From an uncultured bacterium (lineage in GTDB: Bacteria; Patescibacteriota; Patescibacteriia; CAIQCM01): a stretch of DNA of 64,000 nucleotides. The stretch is from assembly GCA_963708045.1 (NCBI GenBank), contig OY970181.1:887566-951565 (forward strand), written 5' to 3'. Positions 50,994 to 60,653 of the stretch are shown here, piece after piece. The notes beneath the pieces are model-generated. The model saw nothing but the letters and a program-made list of their open reading frames with translations, did no database searches and had not been told where the DNA came from. The position numbers and the translations under genes were made by a program. Position 1 is the first letter of the stretch. Every line of letters begins with the position of its first letter.

Positions 50994-51022
50994 AAACTAT
51001 GTGCTTTTCGCATTTTTGTCAA
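50994..51022 (-). promoter_or_regulatory. putative promoter TTGACA-N17-TAGTTT driving the RT-associated non-coding region
   Basis: Located right after the terminator of the upstream gene, at the 5' edge of the GC-rich island. Confidence 0.3.
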
Positions 51023-51026
51023 GACT

Positions 51027-51056
51027 AAAACAAAACCTCCCGAAGGAGGTTTTGTT
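51027..51056 (-). terminator. intrinsic terminator of the 51087..51587 gene
   Basis: AACAAAACCTCC-cgaa-GGAGGTTTTGTT perfect 12-bp stem running into a U tract on the minus strand. Confidence 0.6.
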
Positions 51057-51086
51057 GATATGTTTTTAAATTATTGCTAAGAAATA

Positions 51087-51587
51087 TCAACTAAATTTTT
51101 TTTGCAAACTTCTCTCTTCTTCCTCAAACCTTTCTACTATGTCTTTATGCCCTCTTCTTTTTAGCTCGTTTTTTATTATTTCCGCAGATCTTTTTAACAT
51201 TAATAATTGATCGTAATGTTCATTGGCTTCGTTCCTGTAATCTTGAACCTCCCCGAATTTATTTCTTCCTGCTTGATCAATTTTGTCGCCACTTTCATCT
51301 AAATCAATCAGCATAGCATCAAATAATTTAGGTCTTAAGCGCGACCCACTAACAAATCCATGGTAACCGTCTACCAAATCTTTTAGAGGCAATGTCTTGA
51401 GATATTCAATCTTATCTTTCCAAATTTTAAGTTTTTCCCACTGCCGATCCGTTTCTTTTTCATTTCCTTCGTAGAAGAAGAATTTTTGAGATACAGACTC
51501 AACTAGATCTTGTTCCTCTTTCTCCTGAACATGCTCCACGTTAGCTTCGGAAGGTACAAATTTTTCATTTTCTGACATAAAAACCAT
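51087..51587 (-). CDS. hypothetical acidic protein
   Basis: 166 aa, AT-rich like host. Separated from the RT island by its own terminator. Confidence 0.3.
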   Translation of the reverse strand: MVFMSENEKFVPSEANVEHVQEKEEQDLVESVSQKFFFYEGNEKETDRQWEKLKIWKDKIEYLKTLPLKDLVDGYHGFVSGSRLRPKLFDAMLIDLDESGDKIDQAGRNKFGEVQDYRNEANEHYDQLLMLKRSAEIIKNELKRRGHKDIVERFEEEERSLQKKFS

Positions 51588-51611
51588 TTTAGAAAAATAG
51601 TAACAATTTAT

Positions 51612-51983
51612 TTAAACCAATTCCGTCTCTGTCCCCGCCTCTTTGGCTGTTCTACTGCCAGAACGGCGAACGTCTATTTTTTCGGCTTTTCGTTTGGTAA
51701 TTTCGCGTTTTAATTCATCCTTAGCAAGATCAATCGCTTTATAAAGTTCGGTGGCCGCGGTTTCAACCCTAATTAGCGTTCCTTTTAATTTAAGATTGGC
51801 GACGACTTCAAAAATCTCGCCTTTTTTGTGGTGGTTGCTTGATTTAAAAACTTCAACGCGCACCTCTACCGGACCGCCGGAATTTTGGAGATATTTATCA
51901 AGACCGCCGATTTTCTTTTCCACACCAGCAATAATCGCATCGGTTAGTTTAAGATCTTTTGAAGAGATGTCTATTTTAAGCAT
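51612..51983 (-). CDS. hpf: ribosome hibernation promoting factor / RaiA family
   Basis: MLKIDISSKDLKLTDAIIAGVEKKIGGLDKYL... beta-alpha-beta-beta-beta-alpha pattern of the sigma-54 modulation protein family. Confidence 0.7.
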   Translation of the reverse strand: MLKIDISSKDLKLTDAIIAGVEKKIGGLDKYLQNSGGPVEVRVEVFKSSNHHKKGEIFEVVANLKLKGTLIRVETAATELYKAIDLAKDELKREITKRKAEKIDVRRSGSRTAKEAGTETELV

Positions 51984-52088
51984 ATCTTTGTTTATGAATC
52001 ATGAAACACGCAACATGAAACATTTTAACCCCCGCAAAACGGGAGCGGATATGCTTCGTGTTTCATGCTTCATGCTTCATGCTTCATG
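51984..52088. repeat. imperfect palindrome built of CATGAAA/CATGAAG heptamers with GC hairpin core
   Basis: TGAATCATGAAACACGCAACATGAAAC ... GTGTTTCATGCTTCATGCTTCATGCTTCATG flanking CCCCCGCaaaacGGGAGCGG. Confidence 0.5.
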
Positions 52089-53042
52089 TCAAAATCCCAC
52101 GTACTGAATTTCCTCGTGCAAACTAATTCCATACTCGTCCGACACTTTCATTTTAGCATAAGCAATGAGTTCGCGCACTTCCGCGGCGGTCGCGCCACCT
52201 GCGTTTACGAAAAAGTTTGCGTGTTGCTCCGAAATCTGCGCGCCGCCGATTTTTTTTCCTTTTAGACCAAGTGATTCAACGAGCCAAGCGGCTGGAATTT
52301 TTTTCCAAGCAAAATATTCTGGCGGCATTTTTTCTTTAACCCGATCCGACAATTCGTCGGTTGAAGAAAATTCAAAATTCTTAAAAACACAACCAGCGCT
52401 TCCTACCCCTGCCGGATTGGCAACATTTCTCTTTGCGACAATCTCGTCCATTCTTGCGATAAGCGCTGTTCGGTCGCCCGGACGCAAAGAAAAAGTAGCT
52501 CCTAATATTAGATACGGTTCTTTTTTAAAAATAGATCCACGATAAGCAAAGCAGCATTCGTTTTTATTAAGGCTGACCAAACGATTGTCGCGTAAATCAA
52601 TTACTTGAACATTTAAGACGGCGTCACCCATCGCCGCTCCATACCCGCCAGCATTACCGCGAAGCGCCCCGCCAACCGTGCCCGGAAGTCCTGCTGACCA
52701 TTCCAAACCAGCCAAACCAGCTTCGGCGGTAAGTCGCGCCAAAAGTGCCGAGATCGCGCCAGCTTCGGCATAAATTTTTTCCGTGTTAATTTCAATTTTG
52801 CGAAGCGCCGGCACAATCGTTAGTCCACGAATTCCGTCGTCGGAAACAAGAATATTGCTTCCCCCGCCAAGAATAAAAACTGGCAAACCGTCTTCGTTTG
52901 CGGCGGCAAGCGCCGCCTTAATTTCGTCCGCGGTTTTAGCTTCAAAATAAAAATCAGCGAAGCCGCCGATGCGGTAGGTTGTGTGATTGCTCAAAAGTTC
53001 TTTTGTTTTCAACCGATCTCCAAATATTTCTTGTAACTTCAT
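52089..53042 (-). CDS. murB: UDP-N-acetylenolpyruvoylglucosamine reductase
   Basis: FAD-binding PCMH domain: NHTTYRIGGFADFY...ILGGGSNILVSD. C-terminal MurB domain. Confidence 0.8.
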   Translation of the reverse strand: MKLQEIFGDRLKTKELLSNHTTYRIGGFADFYFEAKTADEIKAALAAANEDGLPVFILGGGSNILVSDDGIRGLTIVPALRKIEINTEKIYAEAGAISALLARLTAEAGLAGLEWSAGLPGTVGGALRGNAGGYGAAMGDAVLNVQVIDLRDNRLVSLNKNECCFAYRGSIFKKEPYLILGATFSLRPGDRTALIARMDEIVAKRNVANPAGVGSAGCVFKNFEFSSTDELSDRVKEKMPPEYFAWKKIPAAWLVESLGLKGKKIGGAQISEQHANFFVNAGGATAAEVRELIAYAKMKVSDEYGISLHEEIQYVGF

Positions 53043-53082
53043 GAATATCTAATATCTAATGTCTAATGTCTAATCCGATGGA

Positions 53083-54123
53083 TTAAAGAGTTTTATCAAG
53101 TAGTGCGATTGCGAGACCTAGTACTGCGGCGGCGGTGCTAATAATCCAGGCGCGCATTACTACCTTTTGTTCTGGCCAACCTTTGGCTTCAAAATGATGG
53201 TGCAGGGGCGTTGAAAGAAAAATCTTTTTTTTGCGGAACTTTTTTGAACAAAGTTGAACAATGACGGAAAGCGATTCTAAAACAAAAACAAAACCAATGA
53301 TGAGCAGAAGCAATTCTTGGTTAAGAAGAAACGCAATTACCGCAAGCGTTATCCCAAGCGACATTGCGCCGGTGTCGCCCATAAAAAACCGTGCCGGGTT
53401 AACGTTGAACCAAAGAAAAGCTAACGTCGCACCACAAACTACGGCGCAGAAACTGGCAATGTCGTATTTGCCGCCCGCAAAAGCAATCGCGCCAAAGGCA
53501 GCAAAGGCGCTTGCGAGCGTCCCGCCAGCCAAACCATCCAGACCATCGGTTTCGTTAACAGAAAAAGAGGTTGCGACAACAACCAAAATAAAAAATGGAA
53601 TAAACAACCAACCAATTGCAATGTCACCAAAAAAAGGCACATGAACAAAATTCCAGCCTAGTTTAAAATAAAACCACCAGGCGCCAACCGCGGAAACAAG
53701 CGTGTAGAGAATTAAACGATGACGCATCCGGAGACCGCCGCCCTTAGGACCAATCCGTCGCACATTCCAATAATCATCAACAATACCAATTATCGCCGCC
53801 GCAACAAGAGTAAAAAGCGGCAACCAAGTTTCTCGGCGAGAAAGAAAAGTCAGGTTGTTAAAAAAGCCGCCCCAGATTTGTGCAACAAGGGCGAAGACAA
53901 TTGCAAAAATAAGCGTCGTTCCCCAAATAATCACCCCGCCCATAGTTGGTGTTCCCGCTTTTTTGGCATGAAGAGCAACCATAATCGGCGCGCTCGCGGC
54001 ATCGCGAATGGATTTACCCATTTTGTAACGATAAAGAAAACCCGACCAAAGCGGGGTGATAAGAACGGCAAAAACAAATGAAAGAATGGTTAAGAAAAAA
54101 ATTCTAATAACATTCGCATCCAT
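53083..54123 (-). CDS. mraY: phospho-N-acetylmuramoyl-pentapeptide transferase
   Basis: 10-TM. ...NVDGLDGLAGG... and GDTGAMSLG signature motifs. Confidence 0.85.
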   Translation of the reverse strand: MDANVIRIFFLTILSFVFAVLITPLWSGFLYRYKMGKSIRDAASAPIMVALHAKKAGTPTMGGVIIWGTTLIFAIVFALVAQIWGGFFNNLTFLSRRETWLPLFTLVAAAIIGIVDDYWNVRRIGPKGGGLRMRHRLILYTLVSAVGAWWFYFKLGWNFVHVPFFGDIAIGWLFIPFFILVVVATSFSVNETDGLDGLAGGTLASAFAAFGAIAFAGGKYDIASFCAVVCGATLAFLWFNVNPARFFMGDTGAMSLGITLAVIAFLLNQELLLLIIGFVFVLESLSVIVQLCSKKFRKKKIFLSTPLHHHFEAKGWPEQKVVMRAWIISTAAAVLGLAIALLDKTL

Positions 54124-54128
54124 AGTGA

Positions 54129-54584
54129 TCAGCTTTTTAAATTAATAAGAATAAGGTATCCCCCAGCGACCAAGCACATCGCTTCAAGAAACAATGTGAG
54201 GCTGGCAAGAAGCAAAGCTGGACCGCGACTTTTTACCGCGACCAATCGTGAAAGAATGGAATTGACCAAAAAAACAACGGTCGCGATTATCGGCACGACC
54301 AAAACCATCCGCGCCGAACCAACATCGTCCAAGCCAAGGTAAATACTATAATGCAATCCGATAATCTTGTTTTGAATAATCAATTGCCAAAAACGAACTA
54401 AAATAAACAGCCAAATAAGGACATTTAATATGGCCGAGACGAGAAAAACCGTTTTAATTTGCCGGTCGGAAAGAAGTGGTCCGAACCAGCCTTTTATCCT
54501 TAAAAACATAGGATATAAGCATATCGGTTTTTGCTCCACCTGTCCACGCTCTTGACGAAAACAAATAAAAACGATAGTATCCAC
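54129..54584 (-). CDS. hypothetical membrane protein
   Basis: Three to four TM segments. Start uncertain (possibly MFLRIKG). Confidence 0.3.
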   Translation of the reverse strand: MDTIVFICFRQERGQVEQKPICLYPMFLRIKGWFGPLLSDRQIKTVFLVSAILNVLIWLFILVRFWQLIIQNKIIGLHYSIYLGLDDVGSARMVLVVPIIATVVFLVNSILSRLVAVKSRGPALLLASLTLFLEAMCLVAGGYLILINLKS

Positions 54585-54603
54585 AACATAAACATAATCC
54601 CTT

Positions 54604-54882
54604 ATGGCTCATAAAAAAGCAGGCGGCTCAACTAGTTACGGCCGAGATTCACAGCCAAAATATCTCGGCGTTAAGCGCTCCGACGGCTCGGTTGTAAAAA
54701 CCGGCGAAGTTTTGGTGCGCCAACGCGGTACCAAGTGGCACCCGGGGAAAAATGTCGGACGCGGAACGGACGACACCCTTTTTGCCTTGGCCGACGGTTT
54801 GGTTAAATTTTCCAACCGTAAAGTCGCGCGATACTCTGGAAGACTTGATTCGCGGACGTTCGTAAGTGTAACTGCCAAATAA
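54604..54882 (+). CDS. rpmA: 50S ribosomal protein L27
   Basis: [25 protein letters not shown]...GTKWHPG. Confidence 0.9.
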   Translation: MAHKKAGGSTSYGRDSQPKYLGVKRSDGSVVKTGEVLVRQRGTKWHPGKNVGRGTDDTLFALADGLVKFSNRKVARYSGRLDSRTFVSVTAK

Positions 54883-55066
54883 AACAAAAAACATCCTCCG
54901 CTTTAGCGGAGGATTTTTTTTATAATTTTATACAGATGGCGCAAAAAAATTTATTCTTTCCCGAAACGGTTTAATCTCTATAAAAAACAGGGTTTGATTT
55001 TAAAAATACAAACATCAACACAAACTTTTGAGGGGAAGAATTAATTTTTTTGCGCCAAAAGGTAAT

Positions 55067-56695
55067 TTACTTTGATTTTTGTTTAATGGCCGCGCGCATA
55101 AATTCACGGAAGAGCGGATGCGGCGCAAGCGGGCGCGTTTTAAATTCAGGATGAAATTGCGTGCCGACAAAAAACGGATGATTTTTAATTTCAATGATTT
55201 CAACCAACTTATTATCAGGCGACGTTCCTGCGATCGTGAGCCCGGCTTTGGCCAACTCGTCGCGATAATCATTATTCAGTTCGTAACGGTGCCGGTGGCG
55301 TTCGGAAATTAATTTTTTACCATAGGCATTCCTTGAAATCGTTCCCGGCGCAAGCAAGCACGGATAAGCACCAAGACGCATCGTGCCACCATACTTTTTC
55401 TGGCGAACCAAACCTTCTTGGTCAGGCATTATGTGCACAATTAAATGCGGCGCATCAGATTTTATTTCCGCCGTGTTAGCCGAATCCAATCCGACAACAT
55501 TGCGGGCGTATTCAATGGCCGCCAGTTGCATTCCATAGCACAGACCAAGATACGGAATCTTTTTTTCGCGAACGTATTTAATCGCAGCAATTTTTCCTTC
55601 AACCCCGCGCGTGCCAAAACCACCCGGGATAACCACGCCGTCGTAATCCGACAATTCCTTAAGGCGTTCTGGTTCGGTTTCGTATAATTCAGAATTTAGC
55701 CAATGCAGTTCCGGTTTATGTTTAAAAAACCAAGCCGCGTGCTTAATTGATTCAATTACCGAAATATACACGTCAGAAAGGGTGAAATCGCCGGTAGAAA
55801 AATATTTACCAATAACCGCAATTTTAACCGGCTTCTCCGACTCGTGAACTTTTTTCAAAAACTTGCGCCATTCTTTAAGATCTTTTTTGCGCGCGCGCAA
55901 ACCAAGTTTTTTAAAAATCCGCGTGGAGATACCTTCCTTTTCCAAATTGATCGGAACGTCATAAACCGAATCCGCGTCCGGCGCCGAAATAACGTCGCGC
56001 TTGTCCACGTTACAGAACAAAGCAATCTTGCGCTTTCTCGGTTCGTCCAGCGGTACCTCGGCGCGACCCAAAATTATATCCGGCTGAATGCCGACCGAGT
56101 TAAGAAGCTGATTAGCGTTTTGGGTCGGCTTGGTTTTCATTTCCCCGATCTTTGAAGGGATCGGCAAAAACGAAACTAACACAAAAAGAACATCCTTGGG
56201 GTGTTTAAGACGCATCATCCGGCCCGCTTCCAAAAACAAAGCGTTTTGATACTCACCGACTGTGCCACCAACTTCTATCATCATTATTTCGGCACGCGAG
56301 AGCTTAGCCGCTTTTTTAATCCGGCGAATGACCTCCTCGGGAATGTGCGGCACAACTTCAACGCACTTGCCGCCGTATTCCAAATTGCGTTCTTTTTCAA
56401 TGACCGTCTGATAAACACGACCCGTGGTCATGTAGTTTGTGGAGTTGACGTCAATGTCTAAAAAGCGTTCGTAAGTGCCAATATCTTGATCAGTTTCATC
56501 GCCATCTTCGGTCACAAAAACCTCGCCGTGTTCCACCGGATTCATCGTGCCGGCGTCAACGTTGATATATGGATCAATTTTCATCGCGGAGACGCGAAAA
56601 CCTTTTGATTGAAGAATTTTAGCGATGGAAGCAGAGGCCGTGCCTTTTCCGACACCGCTCATAACTCCGCCAACGATGAAAATATATTTAGTCAT
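55067..56695 (-). CDS. pyrG: CTP synthase
   Basis: MTKYIFIVGGVMSGVGKG N-terminus. C-terminal GATase with GLCYGMQ, FHPEF. Confidence 0.9.
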   Translation of the reverse strand: MTKYIFIVGGVMSGVGKGTASASIAKILQSKGFRVSAMKIDPYINVDAGTMNPVEHGEVFVTEDGDETDQDIGTYERFLDIDVNSTNYMTTGRVYQTVIEKERNLEYGGKCVEVVPHIPEEVIRRIKKAAKLSRAEIMMIEVGGTVGEYQNALFLEAGRMMRLKHPKDVLFVLVSFLPIPSKIGEMKTKPTQNANQLLNSVGIQPDIILGRAEVPLDEPRKRKIALFCNVDKRDVISAPDADSVYDVPINLEKEGISTRIFKKLGLRARKKDLKEWRKFLKKVHESEKPVKIAVIGKYFSTGDFTLSDVYISVIESIKHAAWFFKHKPELHWLNSELYETEPERLKELSDYDGVVIPGGFGTRGVEGKIAAIKYVREKKIPYLGLCYGMQLAAIEYARNVVGLDSANTAEIKSDAPHLIVHIMPDQEGLVRQKKYGGTMRLGAYPCLLAPGTISRNAYGKKLISERHRHRYELNNDYRDELAKAGLTIAGTSPDNKLVEIIEIKNHPFFVGTQFHPEFKTRPLAPHPLFREFMRAAIKQKSK

Positions 56696-56757
56696 TTATG
56701 TGATTCTACTCCCACCGCCGCAGAAGTGGTAGTGTGGATAATTTTTTTATTTGCGCC

Positions 56758-57246
56758 TTAATATTTTCGGCAAAAAACTTCTATCGTAGAAACGGCTTTT
56801 TTGGCAATTGAAACGCTGTTCTTATAACTTATGAGGCGCGGCAAATCGCGATATGGAATCCATTTTATCGCCTGAACGCGATTTCGTCCTTCAGGTCGGC
56901 CATGTTCGTCGCCTGCCGCTTCCATTAAAAAATACGTAATGTATTTATGAACCGTTTCGCCAACGTGCTCGTACTTATCCTTAAACCAAATTGATGTTGT
57001 TCCAAGAAACGACACCGGATAAATTTTACCGAGTCCCATTTCTTCGCAGGTTTCGCGCACCGCCGCACCGCTCGGCGTTTCCCCTTTTTCAATCCTCCCC
57101 TTGGCAAACGCCCATTTACCGTAAGAATCTTTGATGAGCCCCGCAAGAATACCATGCGACGTACGCCGAAAAACCACCCCGCCGGCAGAATATTCAACCC
57201 GAGTTTTTTTGTTTCCAATCTTCGCCTTTACCACCACTTGCGTCAT
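56758..57246 (-). CDS. NUDIX hydrolase
   Basis: GRIEKGETPSGAAVRETCEEMGL Nudix box. Start probably MTQVVVKAK (the longer ORF would overlap ctpA). Confidence 0.6.
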   Translation of the reverse strand: MTQVVVKAKIGNKKTRVEYSAGGVVFRRTSHGILAGLIKDSYGKWAFAKGRIEKGETPSGAAVRETCEEMGLGKIYPVSFLGTTSIWFKDKYEHVGETVHKYITYFLMEAAGDEHGRPEGRNRVQAIKWIPYRDLPRLISYKNSVSIAKKAVSTIEVFCRKY

Positions 57247-57259
57247 AATAAAATTTAAA

Positions 57260-58540
57260 CTATTTCGTAATCTGGGCGCCGACAATTTCAAGCGCTTTCA
57301 TAAGCTGCCGGTCGGTACCAGACTTAACGTCGTCCTCGGAATTTTTTATCGTCACGTTTGGCGTAATTCCTTGTTTGTCAATTGAACGTTTTTTTGGCGT
57401 CAACCATTCGGCAATCGTAAGTTTGATTGACGAACCGTCGGGAAGATCCTGATAGTTCTGAACCGATCCCTTGCCAAAAGTTGTTTCGCCGACAAGCGTC
57501 GCCTTGCCATAGTCTTGAAGCGCCCCCGAAACAATTTCCGACGCCGAAGCCGAACCTTGGTTTACGAGCACTACCGTCGGCAGATCGCCAAAAACCGGTT
57601 TTCGTTTTGGTTTAAATGACTGCTCGCGACCGTCAGACGTGCGTTCAATTACCGCCGTGTCACTCACCCAACCGCCGACAATTTCAACAGCTGCGTCAAG
57701 ATAACCACCAGGGTCATTGCGTAAATCAAGAATCACAGCCTTTGCACCATGCAAAACCGCATCGCGAGCCGCTTTGTCAAAACCAGAAACCGTATCATCG
57801 CCAAATTGACTGATCGTAATTTTTGCGATTCCCCCTTTAACATCATCTTTGCCCAAAGAATTAATCATTTTTGATTGCACCGAAGCAACGACAATTTTTG
57901 CTCGCGTTATCGGAAAATCGCGTGGTTCTTTCCATCCCTCGCGAAAAATTGAAAGTGTAACCACCGATCCGCCCGGACCACGAATTTTAGAAACCGCCGC
58001 GTCAAGTGACATTGCGCTCGTGTCTTCTTTATTGATCGCAAAAATCATATCGCCAGCCATCAGCCCAGCTTTGGCGGCCGGAGTTTCGGGAAGTGGCGCA
58101 ATAACGATGATCTGCGAATTCTTGTAGCCAATTTCCGCGCCAATGCCTTCAAAAGTTCCATCTAACTCGTTCGCAAAATCTTTTGCCTCGGCAGGGTCAA
58201 AATATACCGAATATGGATCCTTAAGCGCCGAAACAACGCCCTTGAGCGCTCCATAGTAAAGTTCGGTTTCATTAACCGGTTGGCGCAAATATTCCTTTTT
58301 TACAAGCGACCAAATGTCCCAGAATTTTGAAAAATCGATGTCCTTATCGGCATAACTCGGTGGCGCGTTTTTGTCAGTTACTTTGCCCTGGGCAACAACA
58401 CCAGGCGCTTCTATTTTACTACCGTAATATAAACCAAAAGAAAAACCACCGAGCGTCAAAACAACGGCCACATAAACCGCGGTGCCGATTAAAAAAAACT
58501 TATTTGCAAATTGACGTTTTGTTTTTTGAGGGGTGTCCAT
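57260..58540 (-). CDS. ctpA: carboxy-terminal processing protease (S41, tail-specific protease) with PDZ domain
   Basis: N-terminal TM. PDZ (GLMAGDMIFAINKE). S41 motifs GGSVVTLS... and DLRNDPGG, catalytic Ser/Lys region. Confidence 0.75.
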   Translation of the reverse strand: MDTPQKTKRQFANKFFLIGTAVYVAVVLTLGGFSFGLYYGSKIEAPGVVAQGKVTDKNAPPSYADKDIDFSKFWDIWSLVKKEYLRQPVNETELYYGALKGVVSALKDPYSVYFDPAEAKDFANELDGTFEGIGAEIGYKNSQIIVIAPLPETPAAKAGLMAGDMIFAINKEDTSAMSLDAAVSKIRGPGGSVVTLSIFREGWKEPRDFPITRAKIVVASVQSKMINSLGKDDVKGGIAKITISQFGDDTVSGFDKAARDAVLHGAKAVILDLRNDPGGYLDAAVEIVGGWVSDTAVIERTSDGREQSFKPKRKPVFGDLPTVVLVNQGSASASEIVSGALQDYGKATLVGETTFGKGSVQNYQDLPDGSSIKLTIAEWLTPKKRSIDKQGITPNVTIKNSEDDVKSGTDRQLMKALEIVGAQITK

Positions 58541-58552
58541 AAGAATAATTAA

Positions 58553-58562
58553 TTATAGCACT
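58553..58562 (-). promoter_or_regulatory. extended -10 box GTGCTATAAT only ~11 nt upstream of the ctpA ATG (possibly leaderless mRNA)
   Basis: Minus-sense GTGCTATAATtaattattcttATG. Confidence 0.35.
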
Positions 58563-59812
58563 TATTCGCGGCGAATGTCGGCGCCGAGAGCATTCAATCT
58601 TTCTGCAAGACGTTCGTAACCGCGATCAAGTATTTCCGCGTCGTGGACAACGGTCTCGCCTTTGGCAATCAACCCAGCAATCACCATCGTCGCGCCAGCG
58701 CGGATATCAAGCGCCTTGATCTCGTAACCGTGAAGTGGCGTCGGGCCAGAAATAACCACGCGATGTGGATCACAAACAACGGCGTTCGCGCCCATTTTGA
58801 CAAGCCAAGGAATGTGCGCCAATCGTCCTTCATACATCGGATCGTGAATCATAGACATTCCATTCGCTTGCGTGGCCAAAACCGAGAACGGCGCCTGCAA
58901 GTCAGTAGCAAAACCAGGATACGGCAAGGTTTGCAGGCGGAATGGTTTGATTGCCTTCGTCGCGGCAATATGCAATTTCCCATTGTCAAAAGTTGTTTCA
59001 ATACCAATTGCGTGGACAAGATTTAAAACAGCATCCAAGTCATTAATCTCCACACCCGAAAGCGTCGTCGCGCCACCCGTTGCCGCCACGGCCACGAGAA
59101 ACGTTCCAACTTCAAGCATATCCGAAGAAACAGTATGGTCGGTGCCACGCAAAGTTTTTGCACCAGTGATCGTAATTGTGTGCGTCCCCGCCCCTTCAAT
59201 CGTGGCGCCCATTGCCACGAGCATTGCGCAAAGTTTTTGCACATGCGGCTCGGCGGCAGCAATCTTGATGGTAGTTTTTTCTGGAACCAACGCCGCGGCC
59301 ATGAGCGCGTTCTCGGTCGCGGTCACGGAAAAAACAGGGAGGATATCGCTCGCGCCATGCAAGGCGCCAGAAATTGAAACGGTCGCGTCGGAAATTTTTA
59401 CCTGAGCGCCCATTTTTTCAAAAACGTTAAAGTGGTCGTCAAGCGGACGCTTGCCGATAATGTCCCCGCCCGGCTCGGGCAAAGTAACGGAACCAAACCG
59501 CGCCAAAAGCGGACCCATAAGCAAAACCGAACCGCGCATCCCGGCAACTAATTTGGCGTCAAGGTGTCCGATGTTCACATCGCGAGCGCACAATCTAACT
59601 TCGTGATCACCCGTCCAGTCGGCCGTCGCGCCCAAAGAACGCAAAATCGCAAGCATCTTATCGACATCCGAAATCCGTGGTACATTTCTTATGACAACAG
59701 GCTCGGCAGTTAAAAGCGAAGCGCAAAGTACCGGCAAAACTTCGTTCTTAGATCCAAACACCTCGATTTCGCCGTTTAGCTTGTTTCCTCCGTTAATGAT
59801 GAATTTACTCAT
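58562..59812 (-). CDS. murA: UDP-N-acetylglucosamine 1-carboxyvinyltransferase
   Basis: MSKFIINGGNKLNGEIEVFGSKNEVLP... EPT fold. Active-site Cys region. Confidence 0.9.
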   Translation of the reverse strand: MSKFIINGGNKLNGEIEVFGSKNEVLPVLCASLLTAEPVVIRNVPRISDVDKMLAILRSLGATADWTGDHEVRLCARDVNIGHLDAKLVAGMRGSVLLMGPLLARFGSVTLPEPGGDIIGKRPLDDHFNVFEKMGAQVKISDATVSISGALHGASDILPVFSVTATENALMAAALVPEKTTIKIAAAEPHVQKLCAMLVAMGATIEGAGTHTITITGAKTLRGTDHTVSSDMLEVGTFLVAVAATGGATTLSGVEINDLDAVLNLVHAIGIETTFDNGKLHIAATKAIKPFRLQTLPYPGFATDLQAPFSVLATQANGMSMIHDPMYEGRLAHIPWLVKMGANAVVCDPHRVVISGPTPLHGYEIKALDIRAGATMVIAGLIAKGETVVHDAEILDRGYERLAERLNALGADIRRE

Positions 59813-59851
59813 TTTTTTAATCTTAGGCTTAAGTATCCAGAATAAACTAAA

Positions 59852-60604
59852 ATGAAATACAAAACAAGAATCGGAATTCTAATTGGCGCTATCTTAGTTT
59901 TTTTAATTTTAACGCCGATCGTCGTCCTCTATACCTCCGGCTTTCGTTATAACGCCAAAAAACAACGCGTGGAAAAAGTTGGAATAATTTTTGTCCGTTC
60001 GCGCCCATCGGGCGCCGATATTTTTATTGACGGAAAAAAGCGTCCAGAAACAACCCCGGCCAGAATACGAAATCTTTTGCCCGGAAATTACGATATTAAA
60101 ATTAGCAAAACCGGATATACTTCTTGGGAAAAAACCCTGCCTTCGGAAAGTGAATTAACAACCTTTGCCGAAAACATCGCCCTTTTTAAAAATATTGATC
60201 CAGAAGAAGTTAGTCTGACTCCCAAAAAAGCGCTTAGCGCGGCAGAGTTAAAAGTTTTGGATCGCGAAGAGCAAAAAAGCTTTTCCGCAAAAAACGAAAC
60301 CGTTCGCACTGACGGCTTTGAAATCTGGATTGACGATGGCAAGGGCGGACACGACACGATTACCCGCCTTTCTGAAAAAATTAAAACCGTGCTTTTTTAT
60401 AGCGATAACGGTTGGATTATTTACGAAACCGATAATTCCATTCACGCCATAGAACGCGATGGCCGCGACAAAAGAAATGACTATGTGCTCGCCTCCGGCT
60501 GGAGCAACTTAAACGGCCTCGCCTTGTCTAGTGACGAAAGCGTCCTCTATTTTATCGCCGACAAAGACGGCGTTCCCCAACTTTATAAACGACAATTGCG
60601 GTAA
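59852..60604 (+). CDS. PEGA-domain membrane-anchored protein
   Basis: N-terminal TM. RSRPSGADIFIDGKK...TPARIRNLLPGNYDIKISKTGYTSWEKTL matches the PEGA beta-sandwich pattern. Confidence 0.5.
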   Translation: MKYKTRIGILIGAILVFLILTPIVVLYTSGFRYNAKKQRVEKVGIIFVRSRPSGADIFIDGKKRPETTPARIRNLLPGNYDIKISKTGYTSWEKTLPSESELTTFAENIALFKNIDPEEVSLTPKKALSAAELKVLDREEQKSFSAKNETVRTDGFEIWIDDGKGGHDTITRLSEKIKTVLFYSDNGWIIYETDNSIHAIERDGRDKRNDYVLASGWSNLNGLALSSDESVLYFIADKDGVPQLYKRQLR

Positions 60605-60653
60605 TTTTGCAAACAAAAAATTTCTCCTTTTACGGAGAAATTTTTTTATCTAA

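Noticed and set aside
49400-51080. Group II intron or DGR interpretation of the RT island
   Set aside because: The RT is only ~300 aa with no maturase/X domain. No domain V-like (GAGC...GUUC) hairpin or GUGYG...AY boundaries were found. The QG of motif B is intact, unlike the DGR (I/V)GxxxSQ motif, and no TR/VR pair was seen. NAxxH and VTG favour retron-type.
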